From: Nanobdellota archaeon
GTDB lineage: Archaea; Nanobdellota; Nanobdellia; Pacearchaeales; GW2011-AR1
NCBI GenBank assembly: GCA_024654565.1
Contig: JANLHM010000006.1
Location: 64,694-128,693, forward strand
Direction of reading: 5' to 3'
Length of the DNA: 64,000 nt
The notes under the pieces were generated by a model. That model searched no databases and was not told the origin of the DNA. It saw only the letters and a list, made by a program, of their open reading frames with translations. The position numbers and the translations under genes were made by a program. This document shows positions 62,537-64,000 of the stretch, in pieces (position 1 is the stretch's first letter; each line of letters starts with the position of its first letter).

Positions 62537-64000
62537 ATGGCAAATGTAAAATTCGACAGGAAAACTTTTGAAAAAGAAATTGGTAAGTTAACAAACGAAC
62601 TTCAGGAAAAAATAGCTTTATTTGGTACTCCTGTTGAGAAAGTTGACAATGAAAACATTGAAATTGAAATATTTCCAAATAGACCTGATTTACTGGGGTA
62701 CCACGGTTTTAAAAGGAGTTTTTTAAGTTTTTTAGGGAATAAACCTGGCCTTAAAAAATATCAATTGAACAAACCTGAAAAAAATTATGAAGTAAAAGTA
62801 GATTCAAGTGTAAAAGATGTTAGACCATTTACAGCATGTGCTGTTGTTCGGGGTTTAAAGTTTGATGACGCTAAAATAAAGGAGATTATTGACATTCAGG
62901 AGAAGCTTCACTCTACGGTGGGGAGGGGAAGAAAGAAACTTGCGATAGGAATTTATCCTCTTGAGAAAATTGCTTTACCAATAACATACAAGGCTCTTGA
63001 GCCTGACAAAATAAAATTTCAACCACTTGAATCTTCTAAAGAAATGTCTGGTCTTGAAATTTTGCAAAAGCATCCCACTGGAAAAGAATATTCCCACCTT
63101 TTAACAGGAAAAATAAAATTTCCAATTTTTATTGACAAAAATGAATCCATTCTTTCTATGCCTCCGATAATCAATTCTGAAAAAACTGGGAGAATTACGG
63201 GGGGAACTAAAGACATTTTTGTTGAGTGTTCGGGATTTGATTTTGAAGTTTTAAAAAAGTGCCTCAATATAATTGTCACAAATCTTGCAGAAATGGGCGG
63301 ACAAATTTATCAGGTGAAAATAAAAGATAAATTAACTCCTGATTTTGAACCCGAAAAAATGGAGATTTCTCTTGAAAAGGTGAATAAATTACTCGGATTA
63401 AATTTAAATGAAAAAGAAATGAATCAAAATCTTGAAAAAATGGGTTATGAATATAAAAATGGAAAAGTTGAAGTTCCTCCATGGAGAGTTGATGTCCTCC
63501 ATGAAGTTGATTTAATTGAAGACATTGGAATTGCATATGGATATCAAAATTTCGAACCAATAATTCCAAAGATTTCAACAATGGGCGGGGAAAATAAAAA
63601 AGAAGTGATAAAGAGAAAGGTTGCAGAAATTCTTTTTGGTCTTAAACTTTTTGAAGTTTCAAATTATCACCTTTCAAGAAAAGAAGATCAATTTTCAAAT
63701 ATGGGCCTTTCTGAAAAGGAAGACACGGGTTACATAGGAATTGAAAGTTCGAAGACTGATTACAACATTATGAGAAAGGATTTGACCCCTGTGCTACTTA
63801 AAGTCATATCTGAAAACAGTGACTCAGAGTATCCGCAGAAGATATTTGAATTGGGGAGAGTTTTTTACCTTGACAAAGACAAAAAAATTGTTGAAGAGGA
63901 AAGACTTGCTTCCCTTGTTGCACCTGGAAACTTTACGGATTTAAAGCAGGTTATTGATTACCTTTTTTCCAACCTTGGACTTGAGTTTAAGATTGTTGAA
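62537..64000 (+). CDS. pheT: Phenylalanyl-tRNA synthetase beta subunit (partial, continues past window end)
   Basis: Own translation from the ATG at 62537: MANVKFDRKTFEKEIGKLTNELQEKIALFGTPVEKVDNENIEIEIFPNRPDLLGYHGFKRSF... Further on it reads ...EVPPWRVDVLHEVDLIEDIGIAYGYQNF (B5 domain). The frame stays open to position 64000, and the ORF is absent from the track because it is open-ended. Confidence 0.85.
   Translation, partial: MANVKFDRKTFEKEIGKLTNELQEKIALFGTPVEKVDNENIEIEIFPNRPDLLGYHGFKRSFLSFLGNKPGLKKYQLNKPEKNYEVKVDSSVKDVRPFTACAVVRGLKFDDAKIKEIIDIQEKLHSTVGRGRKKLAIGIYPLEKIALPITYKALEPDKIKFQPLESSKEMSGLEILQKHPTGKEYSHLLTGKIKFPIFIDKNESILSMPPIINSEKTGRITGGTKDIFVECSGFDFEVLKKCLNIIVTNLAEMGGQIYQVKIKDKLTPDFEPEKMEISLEKVNKLLGLNLNEKEMNQNLEKMGYEYKNGKVEVPPWRVDVLHEVDLIEDIGIAYGYQNFEPIIPKISTMGGENKKEVIKRKVAEILFGLKLFEVSNYHLSRKEDQFSNMGLSEKEDTGYIGIESSKTDYNIMRKDLTPVLLKVISENSDSEYPQKIFELGRVFYLDKDKKIVEEERLASLVAPGNFTDLKQVIDYLFSNLGLEFKIVE

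Noticed and set aside
63019-63581. Minus-strand ORFs 63019..63279 and 63276..63581
   Set aside because: Both are antisense to the open-ended pheT frame, which shows clear B3/4 and B5 domain sequence.
1-64000. CRISPR arrays, cas genes, integrases, transposases, IS elements, rRNA genes, toxin-antitoxin pairs and known multi-gene defence systems
   Set aside because: I saw no regularly spaced direct repeats and no recognisable recombinase, transposase or cas motifs in any long ORF. The only mobile-element-like signals are the KilA-N gene and the tRNA-Gln 3' duplication.

Overview
This is an AT-rich, densely coding archaeal chromosome segment with roughly 85 protein genes, 2 tRNAs, short intergenic gaps and many 1-4 nt stop/start overlaps. 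Archaeal origin is supported by several features:
- RFC small and large subunits
- ribosomal protein eL41
- ThrRS with the archaeal N-terminal editing domain
- archaeal-type GlyRS, TrpRS and PheRS alpha/beta
- Elp3 and an Rpp30-like RNase P subunit
- class-III-signal-peptide pilin-like proteins
- a tRNA intron with a perfect bulge-helix-bulge motif

The small gene sizes and the many orphan secreted or membrane proteins suggest a small-genome, DPANN-like archaeon, but that is inference only. I saw no CRISPR array, rRNA, integrase or transposase.

The stand-out region is a ~15 kb tightly packed NAD(P) metabolism supercluster (19.2-34.3 kb): pncB, a nicotinamidase-like gene, nadE, nadA, nadD, a Nudix gene, pnuC, nadR, nadK and an NrtR-like regulator. 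It is built largely from bacterial-type genes. Interleaved with them are unassigned enzymes: a radical SAM enzyme, a PLP aminotransferase-fold protein, a nucleoside-deoxyribosyltransferase-like protein, a Rossmann-fold orphan, a type-I GAPDH-like protein and a NadM-like/methyltransferase fusion. nadA is present but no nadB or nadC is recognisable. A perfect 21-23 bp palindrome sits on the operon promoter.

Other notable items:
- inverted GT30-like paralogs with perfect 29- and 38-nt inverted repeats flanking glyS
- a tandem zinc-ribbon gene pair with a 52-nt identical core
- a duplicated tRNA-Gln 3' end
- a 125-nt tRNA-Glu intron
- an RRM/RGG protein
- a PEP-synthase homolog lacking the phosphohistidine domain
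- pheS and pheT separated by a KilA-N cassette

All functional calls rest on motifs I recognised by eye in the translations. No database search was run.
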